Assembly: GCA_963731265.1 (NCBI GenBank)
Contig: CAVSUE010000002.1
Span: 96,001 to 160,000 of the forward strand
Direction: 5' to 3'
Length of the DNA: 64,000 nt
Source: an uncultured Verrucomicrobiae bacterium
Lineage (GTDB): Bacteria > Chlamydiota > Chlamydiia > Chlamydiales > Rhabdochlamydiaceae
Below, piece after piece: positions 27,578-37,218 of this stretch (its first letter is position 1; each line of letters opens with the position of its first letter). The position numbers were made by a program, and so were the translations under genes. The notes below the pieces were generated by a model, which saw nothing but the letters and a program-made list of their open reading frames with translations, was not told where the DNA came from and made no database searches.

Positions 27578-30149
27578 TGCTATTACCGAACAAGGATTTG
27601 AAACTGTTTCTAAAGTATTTTTTTCGCTCTTTTTCCTGAGCTTCCACCACGCGCTGCAGGTATTCAGGAATATCCCCGGGCCGTTTTTTGACTTCTTCAT
27701 TGCGGACTGCGATCAGCTGCTCTTCCGGATCGAGAATGATGGTAGGAGTGATGAAGATGAACATTTCCGTATTATTGTTCGTGAGCTTCGTGGAACCAAA
27801 CAGTTTCCCCAACCCTGGGATATCGCCGAGAAAAGGGATCTTATCTTCGTTGTCCTGAGAGGATTTTCGGCGCAAGCCGCCCAGGATGACTGTTTGCCCG
27901 TCCAAAACGCGCACTTCATTTTCGATATGGCGTCGGTCGACCAGTGGGCGGTCATCCTGGTTGTGATGTTTTGTCGTGTCGAATGTGACATTCGTCTGCA
28001 TAGTGACGAACCCCTTCCCATCGCACAGTTCATCATCATAGTCTGGAAGATGCACCGTTGGAGTCACAATGATCGTAATCCCGAATTGCGCTCGGGAAAA
28101 TGATTTTTCAAAGGCTATCGTCCCCTTGCTGGTGTCTACAGGCGCCGCACCATTATTGATCGAGATCTCCTCAACGATGGAGATGGTAGCCGGCGTTTGA
28201 TTGACGGTAATAGTGGAAGGGGCTGCATTGAGCTGGACGTCTTCTTGCGACATTAGAAAGTTCAGCGCGAGGTCATAAGCGGGGAAATGCTTCGACTGCT
28301 TGCCATGGAGCAAATATTCTAGTACCCCTCGTCCAGTTGGCGCAAACTGGGATGTGAATAGGATTCCATTTTTCTTCGACCCCAGTTTCAGCATGTTCAT
28401 GCCATAGCTATTTTCATTTTTGATCCTCTTTTCAAATAGCATCACTTCGATCTGCACCATTTTTTTGGGCACATCCAGCTTGCGGAGCAGATCTTTGATT
28501 TTGGCAAGAGCGTCGCGGCGGACGACCATCAACAAATTTCCGGTCTTGGGGTCGGCAATAAAATGGTCGGACCCTTGTTCGATATCAAGAGATGCCGAGC
28601 TGCCTATCTTTAACGGCGGCGGCGCGACGACGAGCGGCGGCGTCGGAGGAAATCCGTCAGGAGGAGTTTTAAATTGGGGGCCTTGGGTGGCAAGACTGAA
28701 ATCGGTTTCTCTATTGGCCTCGCTGGAGGCCATTAAAAGAGAATTGTAGACTTTTTCCAGCACCTTGGCCAGATCGTCGGGATTGGAATGACGGCATGAG
28801 TACAAATAAACCGTCATTTCCGCAGGGTCATGCAGCTGCTCTTCCGTATCTTTGATGATTTTTTCCGCTCGACAGACAACCTCTTCCTGACCAATCAGAA
28901 TCAGCGCGTTTCCTTGGCCCAGGGAAAAGATGTTCAATCCTTCCTGTTCCGGTTTTCCAAACGGGGGTCGATTTTTTTCCATCGCTTCCCCAAAGAAGGA
29001 TTGTAGGATCTTTTCCATCTCTTTGGCAGCCATTTTGTTGATGGTGATGACGCGGGACATCTTCCCTTGGGCGTTTTCCCAAACCGTGTGATACAGATCC
29101 AGAAGTTTGACCACTTCTTCTTTGTTGGCAACAATCGCAATTTTCGGGCCGATTTGATAGATGAACGTCTGTTTGGCATCGGCAAATTTTTCAAAAAATT
29201 GAAAAGAACTCCTAATTTGCTCAACAGGCGGGTTAAAAACATAAAACATACGCGTATGGTCGGGTATCCATTGCAGCTGTAAAGGAGAAGACGCCATCGC
29301 CTGAATTGCTGACGGATCTTGTTTTAAGATGTAAAGCTGCCTCACATAATTATTGATTTTCTTTACACCGATTCCATTGTGGGAGAGGATGATCTCGAGC
29401 ATCTCGCTCCAAGATTCGCGCGGGATGGGGATATTGGAGTGCATATTTAATTTTAATGCAGCCATCTCGGGAGGGACAATAAAGAGATAATCGAGGGCTC
29501 CGTATTCCATCACAAGCTGGGCCAACGTTGTTTCTTCCTGGTCCCACAACGCATACCCTTCTTCATCTCTCTTCGCTTCATCGATAGCCGCATCGCGCCA
29601 TCGGATTTCTAAAGAATGGATCTGCTCTTTTACAAAATTGACTTGATGGAGAACGCTTTGAAACTCTTCCTCGGCTGAACCACCTTTCGCATAGAGTTCC
29701 CCCGCCTGCCGGTAATAAGTGATGAGCTCTAAGCGAAGAGCTGCCAACTGCTGATTGATCTCCCTAAGCATGATCTCAAAATTTCCAGCGTTTTCGGGAG
29801 ATTTTGTCCCATTCGCTATTTTTTCAGCGATGGTTTGAGAAAAGATGGCAGTAGGCACAAAACATAGTACAGAAGCGATTAGTATATATACCGAAACTGA
29901 ATCAAAAATTGGTTTTTGGCTGCGTTGGCTATGCAGCAACCTTTTTTTCTTCAACTCAACCAGTTCGCGCTCTGCATTGCGCTTCACCGGGAGATCAGAC
30001 GGGAGCCATGCAGTTGGCTCGCTTTTCGGAAAACATGCCGAGACTGAATCTCGAGCCTTGTGCTTGCACAAGAATCGCTCGCCCCAGACAAAAAATTTGC
30101 GCATCCGCCTGGCCAAATTCCCCATTTTTGGTTCCGTTTTGGTATTCAT
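27570..30149 (-). CDS. gspD: Type II secretion secretin, with an in-frame palindromic insertion at the N-terminus
   Basis: Secretin C-terminus (VQIEV, GQTVILGGL, KIPFLGDIPGLGKLF, FIFITPTI); ATGA coupling to upstream gene. Confidence 0.92.
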   Translation of the reverse strand: MNTKTEPKMGNLARRMRKFFVWGERFLCKHKARDSVSACFPKSEPTAWLPSDLPVKRNAERELVELKKKRLLHSQRSQKPIFDSVSVYILIASVLCFVPTAIFSQTIAEKIANGTKSPENAGNFEIMLREINQQLAALRLELITYYRQAGELYAKGGSAEEEFQSVLHQVNFVKEQIHSLEIRWRDAAIDEAKRDEEGYALWDQEETTLAQLVMEYGALDYLFIVPPEMAALKLNMHSNIPIPRESWSEMLEIILSHNGIGVKKINNYVRQLYILKQDPSAIQAMASSPLQLQWIPDHTRMFYVFNPPVEQIRSSFQFFEKFADAKQTFIYQIGPKIAIVANKEEVVKLLDLYHTVWENAQGKMSRVITINKMAAKEMEKILQSFFGEAMEKNRPPFGKPEQEGLNIFSLGQGNALILIGQEEVVCRAEKIIKDTEEQLHDPAEMTVYLYSCRHSNPDDLAKVLEKVYNSLLMASSEANRETDFSLATQGPQFKTPPDGFPPTPPLVVAPPPLKIGSSASLDIEQGSDHFIADPKTGNLLMVVRRDALAKIKDLLRKLDVPKKMVQIEVMLFEKRIKNENSYGMNMLKLGSKKNGILFTSQFAPTGRGVLEYLLHGKQSKHFPAYDLALNFLMSQEDVQLNAAPSTITVNQTPATISIVEEISINNGAAPVDTSKGTIAFEKSFSRAQFGITIIVTPTVHLPDYDDELCDGKGFVTMQTNVTFDTTKHHNQDDRPLVDRRHIENEVRVLDGQTVILGGLRRKSSQDNEDKIPFLGDIPGLGKLFGSTKLTNNNTEMFIFITPTIILDPEEQLIAVRNEEVKKRPGDIPEYLQRVVEAQEKERKKYFRNSFKSLFGNSNV
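29889..30144. mobile_element. MITE/RPE-like element inside the 5' end of gspD
   Basis: TA-flanked 24-bp imperfect terminal IRs TACCGAAACTGAATCAAAAATTGG / CCCATTTTTGGTTCCGTTTTGGTA; imperfect symmetry continues inward. Confidence 0.75.
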
Positions 30150-31441
30150 GCCGCCCTCCGTTCCGAATTGGAGAAAATAGGCTTTCTCTTGCGCGCACCT
30201 TTGCCCTGCCCTTTTTCAACCTCGATAGGCAAGCTCACTGGATTCATGACTGTTCTCGTTTCGTCGAACAAATGTCCTTTGACAACGGTACGGCCCTGTT
30301 CTTTTTCTACTCCGTCAAAAATAAAAAGCTCTCCTTTCAACCGATGATGCAGATATTGTTCAATTTCTTCGCCGCGGCGTAAATTCCTCCAACCCGATGC
30401 CGTTTTGAGCAGCCAATCCCCTTGTTTGAGGACAACCCGCCTTTTTCCAAAAGAGCAGCTGACCTGACTGCTGCTTCGCAACCGGAAGGAGGAAGGCATC
30501 ATCTCCGGCTTTACTTGCATACGACCCTGGTTTTCTATCTCGATCTTAACCTGGGCAGGGGAAAACCCGGTTTCATCCCATATTTCGAGCTCTACAGTAT
30601 TGCCCGAGATCGATTTGACATGGGCAATAGGATGCTCCCGCTTTAACTCCTCAAAAGGGCAAACATGCCATTCTCCATTCTCATAATGCAGGTAATCGGA
30701 AACAGAAATAAAACAGGCATAAGTCGAACCTTCCGCAATTTCCAAAATAGCTTTATTCCGCCAAACTTCATATTCTCTTCCGCCGTATTTCTGGATCAAT
30801 AGGTCGTGCGGAAAAACTCGAGCTGACTTTAACGCCTTTGCAAACGGCTGGCCGGCGGAATGATACCGGGAAGGAGTGGCTCCCTGTTCCGAGATGACAA
30901 ACTGCCCCTTTTCTTCTCCCGCCAAGCCTTCTTTAGAGACGAGCTTTCGGCCCGCCTCGACGAGAACAGCACCATTTTCAAGCAAGATCGGCTTTACCCA
31001 GAGAGAAGTTACCTCTTCCGAAGAATGCAGCCCTTTCCCTTGCTCGCTCTCCTTCAAAAAGATCGCACGTCCATTCGCGACGCTGAACTGTTCTTTCCCA
31101 TTTTTTAATGAGATTAAAATTTTTGCTTCCTTGGAGTCGACGTCGGGGCGGCTGTTGTAAGCCATCAAGATCAGTTCATCTGCAAGGCGCGAGATCCAGC
31201 CCAAAGCATGGCGAGGGTGCAAGGCCAGCCCTCCAGATCCAATGGATTCGTAAGGGAAAAAAGAACGGCCTAATTTTTGGGAGCTGCTTCCAGAAATCAT
31301 CGTTTCTTGGCCTTTAAACGGGTAAAAAAAGAAAAAAAGGGGGAGGGCTACACTCAAAACAATCAAAAAAATTGCCGCACAATAGACAGACTGCTTGAGG
31401 TACCGGTCCATCTGTATGGATGTAGGAGGAAATATCAACAT
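30146..31441 (-). CDS. Conserved chlamydial protein heading the gsp operon
   Basis: N-terminal TM; coupled to gspD; start probably 31441 or 31411 rather than 31630. Confidence 0.7.
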   Translation of the reverse strand: MLIFPPTSIQMDRYLKQSVYCAAIFLIVLSVALPLFFFFYPFKGQETMISGSSSQKLGRSFFPYESIGSGGLALHPRHALGWISRLADELILMAYNSRPDVDSKEAKILISLKNGKEQFSVANGRAIFLKESEQGKGLHSSEEVTSLWVKPILLENGAVLVEAGRKLVSKEGLAGEEKGQFVISEQGATPSRYHSAGQPFAKALKSARVFPHDLLIQKYGGREYEVWRNKAILEIAEGSTYACFISVSDYLHYENGEWHVCPFEELKREHPIAHVKSISGNTVELEIWDETGFSPAQVKIEIENQGRMQVKPEMMPSSFRLRSSSQVSCSFGKRRVVLKQGDWLLKTASGWRNLRRGEEIEQYLHHRLKGELFIFDGVEKEQGRTVVKGHLFDETRTVMNPVSLPIEVEKGQGKGARKRKPIFSNSERRAA

Positions 31442-31516
31442 GCCTAAGACCTCATTGTCCAGAGAGAAGGAGTTTAGGGCATTTTTAAAAAAAACGAAAG
31501 GTGAATTATAGGAGAG

Positions 31517-31665
31517 GGGCGGGTAAGCCCGCCCAGAGGGCACGAGGTGTAGCGCGATGCAGCACGCGAACTGGTCGTATACTGAGTGCAAATATGAAGT
31601 TGGGGCCGAGTTTCGTACTCGGCCCCACATTGTTTTTGAAAATACCCGGCGCTTAAGGGCCGGGT
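31517..31665. other. GC-rich cluster of three hairpins (REP-like or structured RNA)
   Basis: Stems 31517-31534, 31601-31627 (11 bp) and 31644-31665. Confidence 0.5.
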
Positions 31666-31795
31666 TTCCGCCAGAGGACGGATGAAAATGCCGACTAAGC
31701 CATTGGGCTACTTCTGAATCACGTTCTGTGTTAATCGGCTTGCAAAAAATAAAAAATAAGATTTAAATCACAATTAAGAATCGAGTTGAGGTTTT

Positions 31796-32185
31796 ATGGA
31801 CGATGACAAATCGAAAGAAGGATTATCTGTGAAAGAAATTGAAGCTTTTGCTAAAAAACACCGTTTTGAAGTGTTTTTCTGCCTAGCATTCGTTTTAGCG
31901 TGCTTTTTTACATTTGTCCTTTGGGGACCAGGCTGGTCGATCATCGCCGCTTCGATTGGAGCGATCCTGGGCATCCTGCTCGAGGGAAAAGTGACCCACA
32001 TGTCCAAGGTGGTTTTCTCATTCATCTTCAAACAAGACCCAACGGTGCAGCTCGTTCTTGGAATCGTCAGCCTCATTCTTGCGATTTTCCTGCCCCCCCT
32101 TTATTTTTTAATACTGGGCCTTCACGGCGGAAAGGATTTAGTGCACTGGGCGATGGAAATGTACAACCAGTCTTTTCGTAAATGA
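31796..32185 (+). CDS. Small membrane protein
   Basis: 3-4 TM helices; GAGG RBS. Confidence 0.75.
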   Translation: MDDDKSKEGLSVKEIEAFAKKHRFEVFFCLAFVLACFFTFVLWGPGWSIIAASIGAILGILLEGKVTHMSKVVFSFIFKQDPTVQLVLGIVSLILAIFLPPLYFLILGLHGGKDLVHWAMEMYNQSFRK

Positions 32186-32399
32186 TCGTATGTGAAACAG
32201 CGTAGCTACTACTCCTCGCTAGCACCGTCCTGGAGTTCCATTCGGTAAAATCGTGTTCTTGGATGTGTCATTGTCATAGAGGTTACTCGAAGCTGCTCAC
32301 CCTTATCCACGGAAGGAGGGGGTGTTCCAATTTATTGAAAATGCAATCGAGAAACACAGACGCTAATTCGCTAAAATTTCACCTATAGGGATAGCGCTA

Positions 32400-33197
32400 T
32401 TATTTCAGCTCTTTTTTTCTCTGCTCTATAAAGTGGCGCAGAGAAACTTCTCCCTGTGTAAAATTCTGCTCTAAAAGAGCATAAGCATCCGGATCGTAGG
32501 TTTGCATGTTCGCAGGATGATCTTTCCATCCCGCATTTCGGACCAATTCGTCCCAGGCCACCAATTCTCCTGCTTTGGAACCGGATTGTCTTTCCAAAGC
32601 GGCTATCCGCACAAGATTATAGGCGTATAAAATAGTGCCGGAGCGGATGAATTTGTCTCTCTTTTCCCAAAAGGAATCGTCCTTTTCTAGGTCTACTTTA
32701 AGTTGTTTAGCTTCTTCCAGGGCTTCCAGATATTTACCTTCTGAGATCATTAAAGTGTTGCGTGCAAAACGGGAATAATAGGGGCTTGTCAAATCTTTAG
32801 TTCTAACGAGGGCTGCCTTGGCATAAAGATTGGCCTTGTTCACTTCTCCCAAGCTGAGCAGCCGCTGCGCGATCTGCGTTCCAAATTTTGCTTGCAATTC
32901 CGGATGGCGACTCAAGGGTTTTTCTAAATTATTGAGCAAAGCGGGGTCTTGGGCCCCCTTAGAGATCCAAGCCGTGAATGCCTTTTGCACTTCAAGATAA
33001 TCCGATTTTTTTCCCGAGGAAATTCTATTGGTCAGTTGAAAGAGGCAAAAGGAAAGGGTAATTAACGTTCCAAAGGAAAGAAGAATTGTCTTGCTGTGCT
33101 CGGAAATCCAATCCGCGCAAAGGGCTTTGGCCAGAGCGGCGCGGCCTATTTGAAGCTGTTCCCGGGACTGATTTTGCATTAGACACCCCAACTGCAT
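32400..33197 (-). CDS. Hypothetical membrane-anchored helical protein
   Basis: 265-aa ORF with one N-terminal TM; start uncertain. Confidence 0.65.
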   Translation of the reverse strand: MQLGCLMQNQSREQLQIGRAALAKALCADWISEHSKTILLSFGTLITLSFCLFQLTNRISSGKKSDYLEVQKAFTAWISKGAQDPALLNNLEKPLSRHPELQAKFGTQIAQRLLSLGEVNKANLYAKAALVRTKDLTSPYYSRFARNTLMISEGKYLEALEEAKQLKVDLEKDDSFWEKRDKFIRSGTILYAYNLVRIAALERQSGSKAGELVAWDELVRNAGWKDHPANMQTYDPDAYALLEQNFTQGEVSLRHFIEQRKKELK

Positions 33198-33256
33198 ATA
33201 GACAAAATCATAATTCCTCCCTCAATAAACGCAAAGGGCAAAAACAGGCGCAAATA

Positions 33257-34366
33257 TTATTTTAACCCAAATTTATGACTGACGTATACCGAGTTGTAAA
33301 CGTTCTCCATCTCATCAAGCGTCTGCTGGATAGTGAATTTTTCTTCCACGTGCTGCTTACCTTTTGAACCAAGCTGCGCTCTCACGTGAGGACTATCGGC
33401 GAGTTTCATCACGGCTTTTGCTACCGACTCGGGTGAATTAGGCGGGATGACAATGCCGGTTTGGCCGTCCAAACACACTTCAGGAAGACCGCCTACTGTT
33501 GTAGTGATTAGCGGTCTTTCGAGAAAAGCTGCCTGTAGGCTCGCTTGGGAAACTCCTTCATGCGCTGTGCTGAGCAAGACAAAAATGTCCATCGCGCGAA
33601 TGGCGGAGAAAGGGGTCTCAAGATGGCCCGTAAAAGTGACGATATTATCCAGGCCGAGTTCGGGAATCTTCGAACGGTAGTCATCGACATGGCCCCCTCC
33701 GACAATGACCCATTTGATCTCTTTATGCTCTTTGAGCAAGACCGCCGCCTGAAGGAGGTCATTGATTCCTTTCCAGGAACGGACAAAACAGGCCGTTCCT
33801 ATCAAAATATCGCTAGGGCCCACTCCAAGCGAGGCGCGAAATTCGGCGGCCTTCAAAGGGTCTGCCTTCAACTGCTGCGGATCGATCCCCGTCGGGATAC
33901 ACTTCAGCCGAAAGGGGGGCAGGCCGGCTTGCTTTCCAATTGTCGCCAGGATCGGCGTCGATGTTGTCACAACGAAATCGGCCAGACCCCGGTACAAAAT
34001 ATGGCTGTTCAATCCTTTGCGTATGGGCGTGGAAAGGTGGCGCGTCCGAATCACTTTTCTCTTGGCGATGCGAGCTGCGACTCCCCCGATCCAAGCATCC
34101 AAAGAAGAGTGTGTATTGATCAGTTGGATTTGATGATCCCTGCATATTTGAACGAGCGCATGGATTGTCTTTAACGCGGATATCTTTCTAAAAGGGAACT
34201 CGTAAACGAGAAATCCGGCATCTCTTGCTCGAGGAATCAAAGCGCCGCCGGTATTGACAGCCAAGATGACTTCATGCCCTCGCTTGCGCATCCCTTCTGC
34301 CTCTCGAAGAATTCTGATCTCTTGCCCGCCCCAGCCTCGCGAACTTTCAGTATGTAAAATTTTCAT
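33257..34366 (-). CDS. Glycosyltransferase family 4 (GT-B)
   Basis: ILHTESSRGWGGQE, NTHSS.D and EGVSQASLQA..TTVGGLPE motifs. Confidence 0.92.
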   Translation of the reverse strand: MKILHTESSRGWGGQEIRILREAEGMRKRGHEVILAVNTGGALIPRARDAGFLVYEFPFRKISALKTIHALVQICRDHQIQLINTHSSLDAWIGGVAARIAKRKVIRTRHLSTPIRKGLNSHILYRGLADFVVTTSTPILATIGKQAGLPPFRLKCIPTGIDPQQLKADPLKAAEFRASLGVGPSDILIGTACFVRSWKGINDLLQAAVLLKEHKEIKWVIVGGGHVDDYRSKIPELGLDNIVTFTGHLETPFSAIRAMDIFVLLSTAHEGVSQASLQAAFLERPLITTTVGGLPEVCLDGQTGIVIPPNSPESVAKAVMKLADSPHVRAQLGSKGKQHVEEKFTIQQTLDEMENVYNSVYVSHKFGLK

Positions 34367-35388
34367 GCAAAATCTTTTTTCACAATTTTTAAAATTTTCC
34401 TATGGCCCGAAGAGAAGGGATATTTTTCGATCTCCCGCCATGAAATCCATTCATGTTCCGGTATCTTAGCCTTTTCCGACGTTTTCCACATCATGGGATA
34501 GAGTTTTACGCGGTAACGTGTGAAGGAATGCTCGACGTTCTCCAGGTTTTTAATTTTTTCCGCTTCAAACGGGAAAGGGAAACCATTATTTGAGTTTTCC
34601 AGGTAAGGAAATTCGTATAAGTCGGCCATGATTTGGCCAGTTTTCCCTTTTTTTAGGAGAACATCATCGGCGCAGACAATGACGAAAACTTCCCGAGCGA
34701 GGGCAGTGATTTCTATTTTTTTCCCTTTTTTCGGCAATACCCGCTGCAATCCTTCCGCATAGGCACAACAATTTTTTCGCAAGGGGCAGATTTGGCAAAC
34801 AGGATCACGCTTGCAGACGGTTGCACCCAGTTCGATCAATCCCTCGACAACGAGCCATGGCTCTTGATCGGGCAAGATGTCTTCGGCGATCGCCCTAATC
34901 TTTTGGAGCGTACCGCTTTTTAGCACATCCTCGGCCACGCCAAAATAGCGCGCCAGGACGCGGACGGTATTGCCGTCAACAGCTGCGGCTTTTTGGTGAA
35001 AAGCAAAGCTTAAGATAGCTCCGATCGTATAGGGCCCAAGCCCCTTGACTTGAGCGAGATCTTCTTTGCTGGAGGGGAGCTTGCCATTGTGTTTTTCAAG
35101 CAAAAAACGGGCAGCTGCGTGCAGGTTGCGAACCCTGCTATAATAACCGAGTCCTTCCCATAATTTGATTACCTCTTCAAAAGGAGCCTCGGCTAATGAG
35201 GCCACGGTGGGAAAACGCGTCATCCAACGCGAATAATATTCCTTAACGACAGCCACTTGCGTTTGCTGAAGCATAATTTCTGAGATCCAAACAGCATAGG
35301 GATCCGTCGACTTACGCCAAGGAAGTTCGCGCCCCTCAAACAAGAACCAGTTTTTCAATTCCTCAGCAGGGAAAGGAAAATTTTTCAT
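34363..35388 (-). CDS. mutY: A/G-specific adenine glycosylase
   Basis: LPWR, WISEIMLQQTQV, GLGYYSR, GLGPYT, VDGN motifs and C..C..C..C FeS motif. Confidence 0.95.
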   Translation of the reverse strand: MKNFPFPAEELKNWFLFEGRELPWRKSTDPYAVWISEIMLQQTQVAVVKEYYSRWMTRFPTVASLAEAPFEEVIKLWEGLGYYSRVRNLHAAARFLLEKHNGKLPSSKEDLAQVKGLGPYTIGAILSFAFHQKAAAVDGNTVRVLARYFGVAEDVLKSGTLQKIRAIAEDILPDQEPWLVVEGLIELGATVCKRDPVCQICPLRKNCCAYAEGLQRVLPKKGKKIEITALAREVFVIVCADDVLLKKGKTGQIMADLYEFPYLENSNNGFPFPFEAEKIKNLENVEHSFTRYRVKLYPMMWKTSEKAKIPEHEWISWREIEKYPFSSGHRKILKIVKKDFA

Positions 35389-35535
35389 TGGCGACGTCCA
35401 TAATGGGAAATTATTGCCGAATATAAACCTGGTCTTATTTCTAAACAATAGAGCCTAGAAGATCCGGCCGACCCTCACCTGTCTTCGCAGCCAAAATCAT
35501 CGATTTTATGCTGACGTGGAGTTTTGCAATTGGCT

Positions 35536-35553
35536 TTGGCACGATTATTGCAT
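35536..35553 (+). promoter_or_regulatory. Sigma-54 (-24/-12) promoter
   Basis: TTGGCACGATTATTGCAT matches TGGCAC-N5-TTGCA, about 36 bp upstream of ORF 35589. Confidence 0.78.
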
Positions 35554-35588
35554 CTTATTAATAGTCACCCGCTAAATAGGAGGGTGTC

Positions 35589-36074
35589 ATGAAGCAAAAC
35601 CCAGAAAATTGGCAAACTTTGCATTGTTCCTTAAGAGATGATCTCCAAAAAGAGATTCATTTGACGCGTGAACTGCTGGCAAACATGCGCCAAGAAGAAG
35701 TGTCCCTAATGCTTCATGATTCAGGGAGTTTAAACGCAGTCTTGCAGCAACGGGCTCAAATGCTGGAAAAGCTAAGCTTCCTACGCATCCATCGGCAAGA
35801 ACTCACCCAAAACATAGAAAAAATTGTTTCAACGGGGAAAAAAAGTCCTTCTTTAGATGAAATTTTACCTCTCACTGAAGAGATCAGCACGGAAATCCTG
35901 TCTTTAAGCGATCAATTAACGGCTTTGAACGAGAAGATGAACCGCCAACAATTTCAAAATCAACGTTTGACAGAACATCCAGACCATCACCATTACCCTC
36001 AACACATGGAGCAAACACAGCAGGCGCGTCCTAAAAGAAAAGCTTCTATTGCCACATACCAAATAAAAAAGTAA
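35589..36074 (+). CDS. FlgN-like helical export chaperone
   Basis: L..EI....ELL.....E...L...D...L..V...R...L..L.....R helical pattern; GGAGG RBS. Confidence 0.6.
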   Translation: MKQNPENWQTLHCSLRDDLQKEIHLTRELLANMRQEEVSLMLHDSGSLNAVLQQRAQMLEKLSFLRIHRQELTQNIEKIVSTGKKSPSLDEILPLTEEISTEILSLSDQLTALNEKMNRQQFQNQRLTEHPDHHHYPQHMEQTQQARPKRKASIATYQIKK

Positions 36075-36104
36075 TGTAAAACCGTTTTACATTAGGGATC
36101 CCCG

Positions 36105-37217
36105 ATGACTGAAGAGTGCCGCCCTGCTGGGTTGATCTATGGCCCAGAGTACCATCATTTGGACCATTTAGCCCCTCTTTGTTTAATGATGGGTGTTCCC
36201 CTTATTGTGACTGAGGAGAACCTAGCCGAGCAGGCGCGCCGTTACTACCCGGGCCTGGTAGTAGTGAATGTGGACTACATGAGCGCCCCGGAGCATCTCG
36301 TCTCGCATTTTGATCTCGTGTTCTATTCGATGCCTAGAGATCTTTTCGATGAGATTTTTTTCTTTGCGCAAAAACTCAGCCAAAAGCGGATCCATACGAT
36401 TTGGTGCCCGCACGGCAATTCCGACAAAGGAAATGGAGTTTTTTACATGGAAGCCCTTAAAAAAGAAGAGGCCGCATTAGTGTATGGCAAACAAATGATC
36501 GAATACCTCAAACGAAAGTTTGTTTTTGACCAATTGAAGGGCCATGCTGTGACTGGGAACTTTCGCTACCAATTTTATTTGACGCGCAAATCTTTTTACG
36601 ACACCGTTGCCGAAAAAGAAATTTTAAGACGATTGCCTCGGGCAGAGAAAACTCTGCTGTATACCCCTACCTGGCAAGACTATGAGCGTTCTTCTTCTTT
36701 CCTTGATGCAACAGTCCCTCTGATTGAAAAGCTTCCTGAAAAGCATAATCTTATCATCAAGCTGCATCCCAACCTGCATCTTCAGGATGAATTCCAAATC
36801 GAAGAATTGATGGAAAAATATCAGGACAAAAAAAATGTCCTTTTTCTAGTCGACTTTCCTCCGATTTATCCTCTTTTGAATGTGGCTGATGTTTATATCG
36901 GCGATATGTCCTCGATCGGATATGATTTTCTCGCTTTTGATCGGCCTATGTTCTTTTTAAATCAAAATACCCGTAATCCCAAGAGTGATCATGGGCTTTA
37001 CCTTTTTCGTTCCGGCATTGAGATTAAACCTGAACAGTATCCCGATATCCATCAGATCATCGACCATTATTTTCATTATGAGCTCCGCAACTTCTCGGAG
37101 ATCAGGCAAGAAGTATATGCCTATGCTTTCGGCCACACCAGGCCTCTTGAGCAGGTTAAAAGTGAAATCAGTGGGCTTTATGCGTTGTTTGAAGATCAAG
37201 ACCTAAATTTCTTTTAA
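36105..37217 (+). CDS. CDP-glycerol glycerophosphotransferase (TagB/TagF)-family protein
   Basis: PHGNSDKG, LYTPTW, IIKLHP and IGDMSSIGYDFLAFDRP motifs. Confidence 0.82.
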   Translation: MTEECRPAGLIYGPEYHHLDHLAPLCLMMGVPLIVTEENLAEQARRYYPGLVVVNVDYMSAPEHLVSHFDLVFYSMPRDLFDEIFFFAQKLSQKRIHTIWCPHGNSDKGNGVFYMEALKKEEAALVYGKQMIEYLKRKFVFDQLKGHAVTGNFRYQFYLTRKSFYDTVAEKEILRRLPRAEKTLLYTPTWQDYERSSSFLDATVPLIEKLPEKHNLIIKLHPNLHLQDEFQIEELMEKYQDKKNVLFLVDFPPIYPLLNVADVYIGDMSSIGYDFLAFDRPMFFLNQNTRNPKSDHGLYLFRSGIEIKPEQYPDIHQIIDHYFHYELRNFSEIRQEVYAYAFGHTRPLEQVKSEISGLYALFEDQDLNFF

Positions 37218-37218
37218 T

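Noticed and set aside
31442..31630. N-terminal extension of ORF 30146-31630
   Set aside because: Runs through the hairpin cluster; a start at 31441 or 31411 just before the TM segment is more plausible
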